A DNA stretch of 64,000 nt from Desulfobulbaceae bacterium (GCA_027859235.1 JAQIBE010000263.1:3568-67567); one strand, 5' to 3'. Positions 19,814 to 29,725 are shown, counted from the stretch's first letter. Notes: generated from the letters alone by a model not told the origin. Numbers and translations: made by a program.

Positions 19814-19823
19814 GGGGGGGGGG
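19814..19823. repeat. G10 homopolymer tract about 40 nt upstream of the nitroreductase ATG
   Basis: gaa-gggggggggg-taacc counted directly. Confidence 0.9.
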
Positions 19824-19863
19824 TAACCTTGAACAGGAACAATAAATTAAGGTTGGAGGGTAT

Positions 19864-20466
19864 ATGGAAACCGAAGAGGCCATTACAAGCAGAAGAGCAG
19901 TAAAGCATTATGATCCGGAGTATACCATGGGCGAGGAGGAGAAACAGCTGTTGCTTGAGCTGGCCATGCATTCCCCCACCGCCTTTAATATTCAGAACTG
20001 GCGGTTTCTCGTGGTGGATGAGCCAAAACAGCGGCAACGGCTCTGCGAAGCGGCCGGGGGGCAGCAGCAGGTCCTGGATGCGTCAATGCTCATTGTCCTC
20101 TGTGCGGATCTGCAGGCATGGCAGAAGCAGCCTGAGCGCTATTGGCATAGTGCACCGCAAAAGGTGCAGGACTTTGTCCTGCCGGCCATACATGATTATT
20201 ATGCCGGTAAAGAGCAAACCATGCGGGATGAGGCCATGCGTTCCTGCGGCATTGCCGCCCAGACCCTGATGCTTGCCGCCACCTCCATGGGGTATGAGTC
20301 CTGTCCCATGGACGGTTTTTACTTTGACGAAGTGGCGCGGATTATAAATCTCCCTGCGGATCATATTGTGACGATGTTTGTGGTGATCGGCAAAGGGATA
20401 AAGGAACCGTGGGAACGTCCGGGGCAGCTGCCCCGGGAGGATGTTGTGGTGCAGGATAGGTTTTAG
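19864..20466 (+). CDS. nitroreductase-family protein
   Basis: 200-aa ORF. ITSRRAVKHYDP...HSPTAFNIQNWRFLVV is the nitroreductase fold signature. Confidence 0.85.
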   Translation: METEEAITSRRAVKHYDPEYTMGEEEKQLLLELAMHSPTAFNIQNWRFLVVDEPKQRQRLCEAAGGQQQVLDASMLIVLCADLQAWQKQPERYWHSAPQKVQDFVLPAIHDYYAGKEQTMRDEAMRSCGIAAQTLMLAATSMGYESCPMDGFYFDEVARIINLPADHIVTMFVVIGKGIKEPWERPGQLPREDVVVQDRF

Positions 20467-20639
20467 GGACGATTTCTTACCCCTTACTGGTCAAATTCTG
20501 AACAAAATGTCCTCGTGCGGTTGAAAAAGCAGGGTCAAGAACTTGGTGGGGAAGAAAACCCTTTTCCTCATGGGTGGATTACGTTACCTTTGCCCCCCCA
20601 TTTAAAAAAAACCGGGCAATTTTTCAAAGGAAGAGGATT

Positions 20640-22277
20640 ATGACTGAAGCCAGATACGGAATTGGCATTGATACAGGGGGGACCTACACGGATGGTGCCC
20701 TCATTAATCTTGCCGATCAAACGGTTGTCGCCACCGCTAAAAGTGCTACGACTCATTTTGATTTGAGCCACGGTATTGCCCTTTGTTTACGGGATTTATT
20801 CATAAATTCGGAGATTAAGCCGGCGGACATTGATCTTGTGGCGGTGTCAACTACCCTGGCAACCAATGCCGTTGTTGAATCAAAGGGCGATCGTGTCGGT
20901 CTTATTGTCGCCGGTTATGCGCGTCCTCTAGATCTGCCCGTGGTGTCGACCCTCTTTGTCGAAGGGGGTCATACCCTGCAGGGTGATGAGGAGAGACCTT
21001 TGGACCTGGATGCGGTGGTTCGTGCGGTGTCAGAACTCAAGGGCAATGTCGAATCCTATGTGGTTTGTTCGGCCATGTCCATTAAGAATCCCGCTCATGA
21101 GCAGGTAATGGCCAAGGCGGTATCCATGATTGATCCCTTGCCGGTCTTCATGTCCCATGAGGTTTCGTCAAGGGTGGGTGTTGCCGATCGGGCGGCAACA
21201 GCCGTGTTGAATGCCAGGCTGCGCCCGGTTATGGAGAGTTTTCTCCTGGGAATGCAGGATGCCCTGGTGACTCTCGGTATTGCCCGGAGGGTTATGATTA
21301 TTCGCGGTGATGCAACTGCGATGGATATTGTTGATACCCATCGCCAGGCGGCCTCCACCGTTGCCTCAGGGCCGGCTGCCACCGCCTGGTTTGGTCTGAG
21401 CTTTGCCCCGGCGCCAGATGCGGTTATTATTGATATCGGCGGCACGACAACGGATATCACCATGATTAAAGACGGTAAGCCGACCCTTACGGAAGATGGG
21501 AGTCTTATCGGCAAGTGGCAGACCCATGTTGATGCGGTGAAGATGTCCACCGTGGGCGCGGGCGGCGACAGTCATGCCCTTGTGGATCGGTATAACAAGC
21601 TGCAGGTCGGCCCGGATCGGGTGCTGCCGCTCTCCATGGCTGCTGCCACCTCGCCTGCTGACTGGCTTGGAGCAGGGTTGAAGTCGCGGCTGGTCACCAT
21701 TGCCCCTGATTTGACCGAGGAACAGGCCAAGCATGATCCCATCTTGGAGTTTCTTTTTAAGTCCGGCCCCCAGACCCCTGAGATGTTGAAGGAGGAGTTT
21801 GGGATGGGGGAATCCCTCCTTGCCAGTCATATCCGTGAGCTTGTCAAGGGGCAGCTGGCCTTTGAAACCGGCTTCACCCCCACCGATGCGTTGCATGTAT
21901 TGGCTGAGATTGAGCTTGGGGACGTGGGATCGGCTCTTGCCGGCGCCACGGTGCTTGGCGCGGAGCTGGGTCTCTCCCCTGAGGCCTTTGCCCGGGAGGT
22001 TCTGGATCAGTTGAGCCGTAAAATTGAGGTGGCGGTGCTGGATCACATCCTGGCCATTGAGACAGGTAAGACCCTGTCAGCCTTCTATCCCGATTATCGG
22101 AATAATGATGTGATTGCTATGGATTTCAGGGTTAAGCTGCCCTTTGTCGGGATCGGTGCGGTATCGAAATATATCCTGCCCCAGGTCGCCGAACGTCTGG
22201 GCACAACGGTTGTTTTTCCTGACCATTATGAGGTCGGCAATGCCCTTGGCGCTATTTTGATGGCGTCAACGTCTTAG
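20640..22277 (+). CDS. hydantoinase/oxoprolinase-family protein
   Basis: YGIGIDTGGTYTDGALI is the N-terminal ASKHA motif, with a second IIDIGGTTTDI. ATG 20640 has GGAAGAGGA upstream, whereas the track start at 20574 is GTG with no RBS. Confidence 0.8.
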   Translation: MTEARYGIGIDTGGTYTDGALINLADQTVVATAKSATTHFDLSHGIALCLRDLFINSEIKPADIDLVAVSTTLATNAVVESKGDRVGLIVAGYARPLDLPVVSTLFVEGGHTLQGDEERPLDLDAVVRAVSELKGNVESYVVCSAMSIKNPAHEQVMAKAVSMIDPLPVFMSHEVSSRVGVADRAATAVLNARLRPVMESFLLGMQDALVTLGIARRVMIIRGDATAMDIVDTHRQAASTVASGPAATAWFGLSFAPAPDAVIIDIGGTTTDITMIKDGKPTLTEDGSLIGKWQTHVDAVKMSTVGAGGDSHALVDRYNKLQVGPDRVLPLSMAAATSPADWLGAGLKSRLVTIAPDLTEEQAKHDPILEFLFKSGPQTPEMLKEEFGMGESLLASHIRELVKGQLAFETGFTPTDALHVLAEIELGDVGSALAGATVLGAELGLSPEAFAREVLDQLSRKIEVAVLDHILAIETGKTLSAFYPDYRNNDVIAMDFRVKLPFVGIGAVSKYILPQVAERLGTTVVFPDHYEVGNALGAILMASTS

Positions 22278-22278
22278 G

Positions 22279-22458
22279 ATGGGTGCTGGACCCCTTGATC
22301 CGGGTGAAGAGCTTGCTGAGTTGAAACTCAAGATCAGCCCAGAGTTGTTTCGGGCCTTTCAGCGCTGCAGTTGGATCATCATCCATGAAACAGGCCGAAC
22401 CCAGCTTGAGGTGATGCAGGAGATGGTGGAGGATTTTCTGGTGAAGCATGGGTGCTGA
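22279..22458 (+). CDS. small ribbon-helix-helix-like protein (59 aa, below the ORF-track cutoff)
   Basis: Hand translation gives MGAGPLDPGEELAELKLKISPELFRAFQRCSWIIIHETGRTQLEVMQEMVEDFLVKHGC. The beta-alpha-alpha pattern resembles CopG/Arc. The ORF abuts the hydantoinase stop. Confidence 0.35.
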   Translation: MGAGPLDPGEELAELKLKISPELFRAFQRCSWIIIHETGRTQLEVMQEMVEDFLVKHGC

Positions 22459-22484
22459 AATCTGCGGAAACCCTGGGCGGGATA

Positions 22485-22680
22485 GCCTGAGGGGTACTTT
22501 GAATAATTAGATTTTTCGGAGTCTACGCTTACCTGTTCAAGATCAAGGCATGCGAGAAAATTTACCGCAGGCATATATTTGATATCGGGGTCTTCACTTC
22601 GTTTCGCTTACCTCCGAGGATAAATTTTCGAGCATAACGCAGAGATTGGACGAAAAAGCAATTATTCAAGGTGGCCTGAG
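22485..22680. mobile_element. MITE-like element: imperfect terminal inverted repeats flanked by a GCCTGAG direct repeat
   Basis: The left end is ggtaCTTTGAATAATTagATTTTTCG (about 22494-22518). The right end is CGAAAAAgcAATTATTCAAGgtgg (22651-22675). Internal arms also pair (GCGAGAAAATTTA with TAAATTTTCGAGC). GCCTGAG occurs at 22485-22491 and 22674-22680. Confidence 0.4.
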
Positions 22681-22694
22681 ATTTTAAAGCAGGG

Positions 22695-23156
22695 TTACCA
22701 GCCCCAGAGCAGATCCCGTTTTACCCAGCCTTCAATGTTTTCCTCTTCGTGGCGGACCTTGGCCCATCCGGCTTTATGCTGCAATGTTTTAAGCACAACA
22801 CCCCGTTTCGCCTGGCGAATAATCTTATATCTCGTGCCGGCGCCGCTGCGGATATTGATGACCTTATTTTTCACCACAAAATGGGAAGACCGGTCAACGA
22901 GCTTCTTGTATACCCACCCCTTATCATTCTCAAAATCGACAACACGGTACCATTGGCCCTGGGTGCCAATCACCTTCAGTGGATAGCCGCGCCCAAGTTC
23001 CCAGACCACCTTAAAGTTGGAGCCGGGGCCGGAACGCATATTGATCATGTCGGCATTAACGGCCACCATCCTGGCTGATGCTGCGGTGGCAATACCCAGA
23101 AGGGTGAGAGTGAAAAAGAGGGTTGTGATGCGTTTGCGAATCATGCCAAGGTCCAT
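22695..23156 (-). CDS. exported protein with two bacterial SH3 (SH3_3) domains
   Basis: 153-aa ORF with a signal peptide, then two copies of the pattern INMRSGPG..FKVV.....G..L.V......W..V. Confidence 0.8.
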   Translation of the reverse strand: MDLGMIRKRITTLFFTLTLLGIATAASARMVAVNADMINMRSGPGSNFKVVWELGRGYPLKVIGTQGQWYRVVDFENDKGWVYKKLVDRSSHFVVKNKVINIRSGAGTRYKIIRQAKRGVVLKTLQHKAGWAKVRHEEENIEGWVKRDLLWGW

Positions 23157-23470
23157 ATCCTAATGATTTGAGAAAAGAAAATACAATTTACAGAGGGTGC
23201 TGGCAGCTGTCCAGTAAAAAGGTGGATGTTCTGACCTCTTATGTTCTAATGGACTGAATTTACTCTTGGTTTTATGAAGGTATGGCTTGTTTTTTCTTTC
23301 AAGGTTCAATGCTTTTATGCTGCCTGAATTGATTTCCGCCCCATTGTGAACATTTCACATGGACATGGTGAACTATCTGCCCCTTGTGCTGCGGTATAAA
23401 TATCTGACAGTTTTTATTCTGCTGATTGGTAGCATGCTGTCGGCAACAGGTGTTCGCCTTTTTTATAGGG

Positions 23471-24379
23471 TTACTTATTGATCTGCTGGCCCGGTTTTTT
23501 GGCTGTCTGGCGTATATCAGGGGAGTGTACTGGGATTCCACCAATTTGCAATTGAATGGCGCCGAATTGACATCCCTCGTGCATGCAGCGTAAGCAGGTG
23601 ATGCACTCACTGTCATTGGGGGATTCATTGAATTTGACGCCCATGGGACATACGGGGTGGCATTCGTTGCACTTGGTGCATTTGTCCTCGTCTAAAACAA
23701 GCTTGATCATCTTGGCATTTTTGAATAACCCATACCATGCCCCCAGGGGACAGGTGGTGCGGCAAAACGGTCTGGAGGCGATTATTGACCAGATGATAAA
23801 GGCGATCAAAATAACAAGCTTTGAATAGAAGAGGGTGCTGACAACACCCTGCAGGGAGGGCTGGAGCATTAGCATGGGAAGCCCTGCCTCCAATGTGCCG
23901 GCCGGGCAGATGAATTTGCAGAACCAGGGGGAGCCGAGTCCCATTTCACTGACGATGGTGAGGGGGAGAATGAAAACCGTGAGGCCAAGGATAGCGTATT
24001 TGAGAAAGCGTAAGACACGGGGGATGTTGAATTTTCTGGAGGGAATCTTATGGAGCATGTCCTGGAGAAAACCAAAGGGGCAGGCCCAGCCGCAGATCAT
24101 GCGTCCAAAGATTGAACCGAGAATGCCAAGGGCTCCCACCAGATACAGGGCCAGATAGGTCTGGCCGTTGGCCCAGCTCACCCGCACCGAGAGAAGCATT
24201 TGCTGGATGGCGCCAATGGGGCAGGACATGGCTGCTGCCGGGCAGGAATAACAGTTGAGCCCTGGTGAGCAGATAACCTTAAGAGGCCCCTGGTAGATAG
24301 ATTTAGTGAAGGGGAAGGCCCAGTAGCTGTTGGTGATGAAGAGAACCAGGACTTGAAACCACTTGCGATAAAATTCCAT
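23471..24379 (-). CDS. membrane-bound 4Fe-4S polyferredoxin (NapH/MauN-like)
   Basis: 302-aa ORF with CYSCPAAAMSCPIG, CKFICPAG and CTKCNECHPVCPMG...CITCLRC cysteine clusters between transmembrane segments. Confidence 0.8.
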   Translation of the reverse strand: MEFYRKWFQVLVLFITNSYWAFPFTKSIYQGPLKVICSPGLNCYSCPAAAMSCPIGAIQQMLLSVRVSWANGQTYLALYLVGALGILGSIFGRMICGWACPFGFLQDMLHKIPSRKFNIPRVLRFLKYAILGLTVFILPLTIVSEMGLGSPWFCKFICPAGTLEAGLPMLMLQPSLQGVVSTLFYSKLVILIAFIIWSIIASRPFCRTTCPLGAWYGLFKNAKMIKLVLDEDKCTKCNECHPVCPMGVKFNESPNDSECITCLRCMHEGCQFGAIQLQIGGIPVHSPDIRQTAKKPGQQINK

Positions 24380-24388
24380 GGTAGTCTC

Positions 24389-24547
24389 CTAACCAATACC
24401 TATACAGCTGTAACAAATTCGCCATGCCTGTTCAAGGACTCTGGATGGTTCATCCAGGGAGAGACCAATGGAGAAAAGAACGAGGAATATGGCCAGGATA
24501 ATAAGGGGTAATTTATCTGCTTTAAAATGGGGGGCAATTCGTTTCAT
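24389..24547 (-). CDS. small membrane protein with C-terminal CxxC (52 aa, below the ORF-track cutoff)
   Basis: Hand translation gives MKRIAPHFKADKLPLIILAIFLVLFSIGLSLDEPSRVLEQAWRICYSCIGIG. The start forms an ATGA overlap with the upstream gene's stop. The stop lies 9 nt before the polyferredoxin ATG. Confidence 0.45.
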   Translation of the reverse strand: MKRIAPHFKADKLPLIILAIFLVLFSIGLSLDEPSRVLEQAWRICYSCIGIG

Positions 24548-24864
24548 GAAGATGAGTTTGTTGAATTGTTGAGTAGGGATTGAACCCTGCGGGTTTTGTC
24601 ACCAATGGCCACGTCTCTATCCCGTCTGTCATCAATGGCTATCTGGGTCACAACCCGCTCGGCCCCTGCAGCAAAAGGGATATCATAAATAACCCTGACC
24701 AACCGGAGTAATTCGTCAATGTCGCCTTCGATGACTGTACCCATATCGGTAAGCTGGAATGTTGCCTTTTCCTCTGCAAGTTTTTGTTGTATCTGCGCAA
24801 CAAAGGAAGCCACAGAGGTGGATCCGGTGCCAAGGGGGATGGTGGTTATTTGGAGTAGGGCCAT
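24544..24864 (-). CDS. MTH1187/YkoF-family (DUF77) thiamine-binding-like protein
   Basis: 106-aa ORF. ITTIPLGTGSTSVASFVA...MGTVIEGDIDELL...RVVTQIAIDDRRD matches the family pattern. Confidence 0.75.
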   Translation of the reverse strand: MALLQITTIPLGTGSTSVASFVAQIQQKLAEEKATFQLTDMGTVIEGDIDELLRLVRVIYDIPFAAGAERVVTQIAIDDRRDRDVAIGDKTRRVQSLLNNSTNSSS

Positions 24865-25047
24865 GGTTTTTGCTCTGTTAAGGGTGAGAGTAATATAACT
24901 GTAATAACAGTTGTTGACTATATCAGGGTTTTTTGAGTTGTAACGGATAATATTCTCAAGGCGGATGAAACTGTTGTGATCCGCTGCAGGAAAATTTTAG
25001 GGGGAACAGGATTCAAGGGCAAGGGGCTTCTATTGCAGAGCTCATGT

Positions 25048-25596
25048 TCAGCCGGGCACAGTCATTATCTTTTGTAAGGCCTTAGTTTCAGCAATGAGAG
25101 ACTGGATGGTGAGCAGGGCCTCCGTCTGTTGTGTTGCTGAGAGGGTGTTGAAGTGGACCGCTAAAGATTGTAAACGGGTAATGTCCTCCTTGAGTGAATC
25201 GTTTGCCTGGGCAAATTTATTTACCACTGCCGGTTTAAGCTGCAGGGATAACCCTAACCTGTTTAATTGCCGCAGACAATGGCCACAGGTTGATCTTTCA
25301 AAAACCGTATCTGGTTCATCCTGTTCAACGATGGTGACAATATGGGCCATAATCTCCTTGAGCAGGTCGATGACTCCTGCACCGGATACCTTGTTTGCCG
25401 CAAGGTGACATAGCAGTTGTTGTGCCATGGCAACTAATCCTCTGGCATATCTTCTGCTGTGGCAGAAAACGTTGAGAATATCCATGGCAGCCCTGAGGTT
25501 TTCATTTCTTCTTGGGCTCAATGCCCAGTCCGGGGATAATGTCTCAGCCTTGAGGAGCTGGATGCTGTTTAGGAAGGATGGGTCGTTCTGGTCCAT
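25048..25596 (-). CDS. hypothetical helical protein
   Basis: 182-aa ORF with no recognised motif. Confidence 0.45.
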   Translation of the reverse strand: MDQNDPSFLNSIQLLKAETLSPDWALSPRRNENLRAAMDILNVFCHSRRYARGLVAMAQQLLCHLAANKVSGAGVIDLLKEIMAHIVTIVEQDEPDTVFERSTCGHCLRQLNRLGLSLQLKPAVVNKFAQANDSLKEDITRLQSLAVHFNTLSATQQTEALLTIQSLIAETKALQKIMTVPG

Positions 25597-25696
25597 AACT
25601 TTATGTTGTAATGGTGTATTTTCATTTATAAAAAGGGTATATTATGATTTCTTTTTGCCCATTACCCCTCTTTGCTTAGGAGATATGTAAGAAAAA

Positions 25697-26476
25697 ATGG
25701 ATATTTTTGCTATTGAAATTATTGTTTTTCTTTATGGGGCCATTGTCGGCAGTTTCCTCAATGTTGTTATTCTGAGACTTCCTGAAGAGGGGGCTTCGGT
25801 GATTTTCCCTGCGTCCCATTGCCCCCAATGCCAGACGAGTCTGTCTTGGTATGAGAATATCCCCGTGTTGAGTTATATCGTCCTGAGGGGGAGGTGCCGG
25901 ACGTGCAGGACCCATATCTCCATACAATACCCCTTGGTTGAACTGGCAATGGGTGTGCTTGCTGTTCTGCTTATGGAGAAGTTTACACTAAGTGCTGCCT
26001 TTTTCATTTACTTTGCCTATGTGGCGGCCCTGCTTGTTATTATTGTGATTGATCTGTATCACCAGATTATTCCAGATGTAATTAGCCTGCCCGGCATCCT
26101 CTATGGCCTTCTTGCCTCATTTGTTCTGCCTTGGGTCTCGTGGCAGGACTCGCTTATCGGCCTTCTGGCCGGTGGTGGGACTTTTTATCTAATTGCCCTG
26201 TGTTATTATCTTATAACCAAGAGGCAGGGGATGGGGGGAGGAGATATCAAGCTCCTTGCCATGATTGGTGCCCTGCAGGGCTGGCAGGCGCTGCCCTTTG
26301 TTATTTTCTGCAGCTCATTACTCGGTTCCGTGATAGGCATCGGTGCCATGGTTGTTCAGAAAAAGGGTGGACAATCGAGGATTCCTTACGGGCCTTTTCT
26401 GGCTGTAGCCAGTTTGCTCTATCTCTTTTTTGATCAACAGATCTTGCATTATATGCAGTTATACTTCGGCGGATAG
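25697..26476 (+). CDS. pilD: type IV prepilin peptidase (A24 family)
   Basis: GSFLNVVILRLP...CPQCQTSLSWYENIPVLSYIVLRGRCRTC zinc-finger region, plus MGGGDIKLLAMIGA with the catalytic Asp. Confidence 0.9.
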   Translation: MDIFAIEIIVFLYGAIVGSFLNVVILRLPEEGASVIFPASHCPQCQTSLSWYENIPVLSYIVLRGRCRTCRTHISIQYPLVELAMGVLAVLLMEKFTLSAAFFIYFAYVAALLVIIVIDLYHQIIPDVISLPGILYGLLASFVLPWVSWQDSLIGLLAGGGTFYLIALCYYLITKRQGMGGGDIKLLAMIGALQGWQALPFVIFCSSLLGSVIGIGAMVVQKKGGQSRIPYGPFLAVASLLYLFFDQQILHYMQLYFGG

Positions 26477-26738
26477 TTCATTGTTTACTGTTCAAGGTTA
26501 CCCTCTTTCTGACGGGTAACCGCAAACCTATGTCTGTCTGTGAATATCGATATTCTCCGGTTCTCTATGTTAAGGAAACCGGCTTGCCGCTGGTAGTTGT
26601 TTAGCCCGAGTTGAGTAAATTGTTTTTTTTACTTGCGTAACTGGGTGAATTTATCCGAGTATTTCTTGACACTCTTTTTTCTGACGTGTAAATAACTAAA
26701 AATAGTAATTATTATTAATTAATACGCGGGTAAGAAAT

Positions 26739-26945
26739 ATGCTGTATTCTGTGTATTCCTTTTATCGGAATGGTTTTCGCAGCATGACAGTGGGAAAACG
26801 GCTTTGGCTCATCATAGCATTAAAGTTATTTGTCATGTTTGGGGTGCTGAAGGTGTTTTACTTCCCCAACTATCTAAATACTCAGTTTGATACAGATCAT
26901 GAAAGGACCAACCATGTGATTGAGCAGATCACCATGGTACGTTAG
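26739..26945 (+). CDS. DUF4492-like small membrane protein preceding cydA
   Basis: 68-aa ORF. FYRNGFRSMTVGKRLWLIIALKLFVMFGVLKVFYFPNYL matches the pattern of the cyd-associated DUF4492 family. Confidence 0.6.
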   Translation: MLYSVYSFYRNGFRSMTVGKRLWLIIALKLFVMFGVLKVFYFPNYLNTQFDTDHERTNHVIEQITMVR

Positions 26946-27035
26946 TGGTTAGTCCAGAAACCGGCGGTGAGTTGCAATGGGTTGGGATATGGCGCCCTCT
27001 TGTAACTTTTCACAAAAAAAATGAAGGAGGGAGTG

Positions 27036-28571
27036 ATGGTTGAACAGATTGATTTTTCGCAGGTGAACTGGGCCCGGGCCCAATTTGCCCTGACTGCGAT
27101 GTATCATTGGATCTTTGTACCATTGACATTGGGGCTGTCGGTTTTGCTCGCATTTTTTGAAACGATCTATGTCAAGACCGGCAATGAAGCGTGGAAGCGG
27201 TTAACAAAATTCTGGATGACACTCTTTGCCATTAATTTTGCCATTGGTGTGGCTACCGGCATTATTCTGGAGTTTCAGTTTGGCACAAACTGGTCAAATT
27301 ATTCCTGGATCGTTGGTGATATCTTTGGCGCCCCCCTGGCCATTGAAGGTATTTTCGCCTTTTTCCTTGAAGCAACCTTTTTTGCCATGATGTTTTTCGG
27401 CTGGGACCGGGTTTCAAAGGGAATGCATCTCTTTTCAACGTGGATGGTGGCTATTGGTGCAAACCTCTCTGCCCTGTGGATTCTTGTCGCCAATGGCTGG
27501 ATGCAGAATCCTGTGGGCATGGAATTCAACCCTGACACGGCCCGTTTTGAAATGGTCAACTTTGCCGAAATTATTTTTAACCCTGTTGCGGTTTCCAAAT
27601 TCACCCACACCACAAGTTCAGGTTTTTTACTGGCCTGTCTCTTTGTGGTGGGCGTTTCTTCATGGTACCTCATGAAGGGGCGTCATCAGCTCATGGCAAA
27701 GCGTTCAATTGTTGTTGCCTCTGTATTCGGGGTCATTGCCGCAGCCTATGTCGGCTTTTCAGGTGATGAGGCGGCCTACGAGGTGAGTCAGCAGCAGCCC
27801 ATGAAGCTTGCGGCCATGGAGGGGTTATATGAAGGTGAGGTCAATGCCGGTCTCGTTGCCCTGGGTGTGATCAATTCTAAGAAGATTGCTGGTGATACCC
27901 AGGAACCATTCATCTTTTCCGTAAAGATCCCTTATGCCTTGTCCCTTCTTGCCAATCGCGAGCTGGGTTCTTTTGTGCCCGGTATTGATGATCTGGTCTT
28001 TGGTAATGAGGAGCAGGGGATCGAGAGTGGAGCCAGTCGTATTGCCAAAGGCAAGCAGGCCATTGCCGCCCTGGCCGCCTATAAAGAGGCGCGGAATAAT
28101 CATGATGACGTGGCAAGTCAGCAGGCCCTGGGTCAGTTTGACGCCTATAAGTCCAACCTTGGTTACGGCTATCTGGAGTCAGGTGCTGATGCTGTTCCCC
28201 CTGTGGCCACAACCTTTTATGCCTTTCATATCATGGTGGCACTTGGCACCTTGTTCCCGCTGATCTTCATAGTTCTCCTCTACTATATCTATAAGGGTGA
28301 GCTTGAAAATGCGGGGTGGCTCCATATTGTCGGGTTGTGCTGTATTCCCCTGGCCTGGATTGCCTCTGAGACTGGCTGGGTTGTTGCCGAAGTTGGGCGT
28401 CAGCCCTGGGCTATTCAGGGACTCTTGCCGGTGCAGGTGGCCAACACGAATTTGACAACCGGCACCATCCAGACCACGTTCTTCATGTTTCTCTTTTTGT
28501 TTACCCTGCTTATTATTGCCGAGTTTAAGATCATGTTGACCCAAATTAAAAAAGGCCCGGAGGAAGACTAA
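27036..28571 (+). CDS. cydA: cytochrome bd oxidase subunit I
   Basis: WARAQFALTAMYHWIFVPLTLG and GWMQNPVG motifs. ATG 27036 follows AAGGAGGG; the track start at 27021 contains that RBS. Confidence 0.95.
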   Translation: MVEQIDFSQVNWARAQFALTAMYHWIFVPLTLGLSVLLAFFETIYVKTGNEAWKRLTKFWMTLFAINFAIGVATGIILEFQFGTNWSNYSWIVGDIFGAPLAIEGIFAFFLEATFFAMMFFGWDRVSKGMHLFSTWMVAIGANLSALWILVANGWMQNPVGMEFNPDTARFEMVNFAEIIFNPVAVSKFTHTTSSGFLLACLFVVGVSSWYLMKGRHQLMAKRSIVVASVFGVIAAAYVGFSGDEAAYEVSQQQPMKLAAMEGLYEGEVNAGLVALGVINSKKIAGDTQEPFIFSVKIPYALSLLANRELGSFVPGIDDLVFGNEEQGIESGASRIAKGKQAIAALAAYKEARNNHDDVASQQALGQFDAYKSNLGYGYLESGADAVPPVATTFYAFHIMVALGTLFPLIFIVLLYYIYKGELENAGWLHIVGLCCIPLAWIASETGWVVAEVGRQPWAIQGLLPVQVANTNLTTGTIQTTFFMFLFLFTLLIIAEFKIMLTQIKKGPEED

Positions 28572-28572
28572 A

Positions 28573-29712
28573 ATGATAGGGAATTTGGATTACTCGACAC
28601 TGCAGCAGTTGTGGTGGCTTATTACTTCAGTTGTTGGTTCATTGTTTGTCTTTCTCCTTTTTGTGCAGGGCGGACAATCCATGCTCTTTACCTTGCCCCA
28701 CTCCGCTGAGGAAAAGAGTTTAATAGTCAACTCCATTGGCCGTAAATGGGAGATGACGTTTACCACGCTGGTGCTTTTCGGGGGGGCGCTCTTTGCGGCC
28801 TTCCCGAAGTTTTACGCCACCAGTTTTGGCGGGGCGTACTGGGTGTGGATGCTGATTCTCTTCACCTTTATTATTCAGGCCGTATCCTACGAGTATCGTT
28901 CAAAGCCCAATAATTTTTTGGGCACCAGAACCTATGATCTCTTCCTCTTTATTAATGGCACAGTGGGCGTGCTTCTCATTGGTGCTGCAGTAGGAACATT
29001 TTTTACCGGGGCAGACTTTGCCCTGAATGAATATAATTCGGTGACATGGCAAACTCCGACCCGGGGTCTTGAGGCGGCGTCAAACCTGTTCAATCTCTCC
29101 TTCGGACTGTTTCTGGTCTTTCTGGGCCGGACCCTTGGCGGGATGTATCTCGTGAATAATATTCGCCATGCCGCTTTAAATGCCAGGAGCCGCAAATCAG
29201 TCTTGATCAATTTCCTGATCATGCTGCCGTTTCTGCTCTTTGTGGTGCTCAGTCTCGTCACCATGGACGGGTATGCGTTAAACCCTGAAACCTCTGAAAT
29301 ATTCATGGAGAAGGGGAAGTATCTGCACAATCTGTTGTCCATGCCGTTGCTCCTGGTCTTCCTCCTGGCAGGGCTCGGCCTTGTAATTTACGGTGTGGTG
29401 GCCACCTGCTTTAAAAACTCCGACCGGGGTATTTGGTTTGCAGGGGTTGGTACCGTGCTCACGGCCCTGGCCATTTTCCTTACAGCTGGCTATGGCAACA
29501 CCGCTTTTTATCCATCCTATGCCGACCTGCAGTCAAGTTTGACGATCTATAATGCCTCTTCGTCCAAGTTTACCCTGACGGTGATGAGCTATGTCGGTCT
29601 GGGTATTCCTTTTGTGCTGGCCTATGTTGCCTATGTCTGGAAGCTCATGGATAATAAGAAGATGGATGTGAATGAGTTAATCAACAGTGAAAGTGCTGAA
29701 GAATTCTATTAA
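28573..29712 (+). CDS. cydB: cytochrome bd oxidase subunit II
   Basis: 379-aa polytopic ORF immediately after cydA, with a typical CydB N-terminus (LQQLWWLITSVVGSLFVFLLFVQGG). Confidence 0.95.
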   Translation: MIGNLDYSTLQQLWWLITSVVGSLFVFLLFVQGGQSMLFTLPHSAEEKSLIVNSIGRKWEMTFTTLVLFGGALFAAFPKFYATSFGGAYWVWMLILFTFIIQAVSYEYRSKPNNFLGTRTYDLFLFINGTVGVLLIGAAVGTFFTGADFALNEYNSVTWQTPTRGLEAASNLFNLSFGLFLVFLGRTLGGMYLVNNIRHAALNARSRKSVLINFLIMLPFLLFVVLSLVTMDGYALNPETSEIFMEKGKYLHNLLSMPLLLVFLLAGLGLVIYGVVATCFKNSDRGIWFAGVGTVLTALAIFLTAGYGNTAFYPSYADLQSSLTIYNASSSKFTLTVMSYVGLGIPFVLAYVAYVWKLMDNKKMDVNELINSESAEEFY

Positions 29713-29725
29713 TGAGGATTGGACT

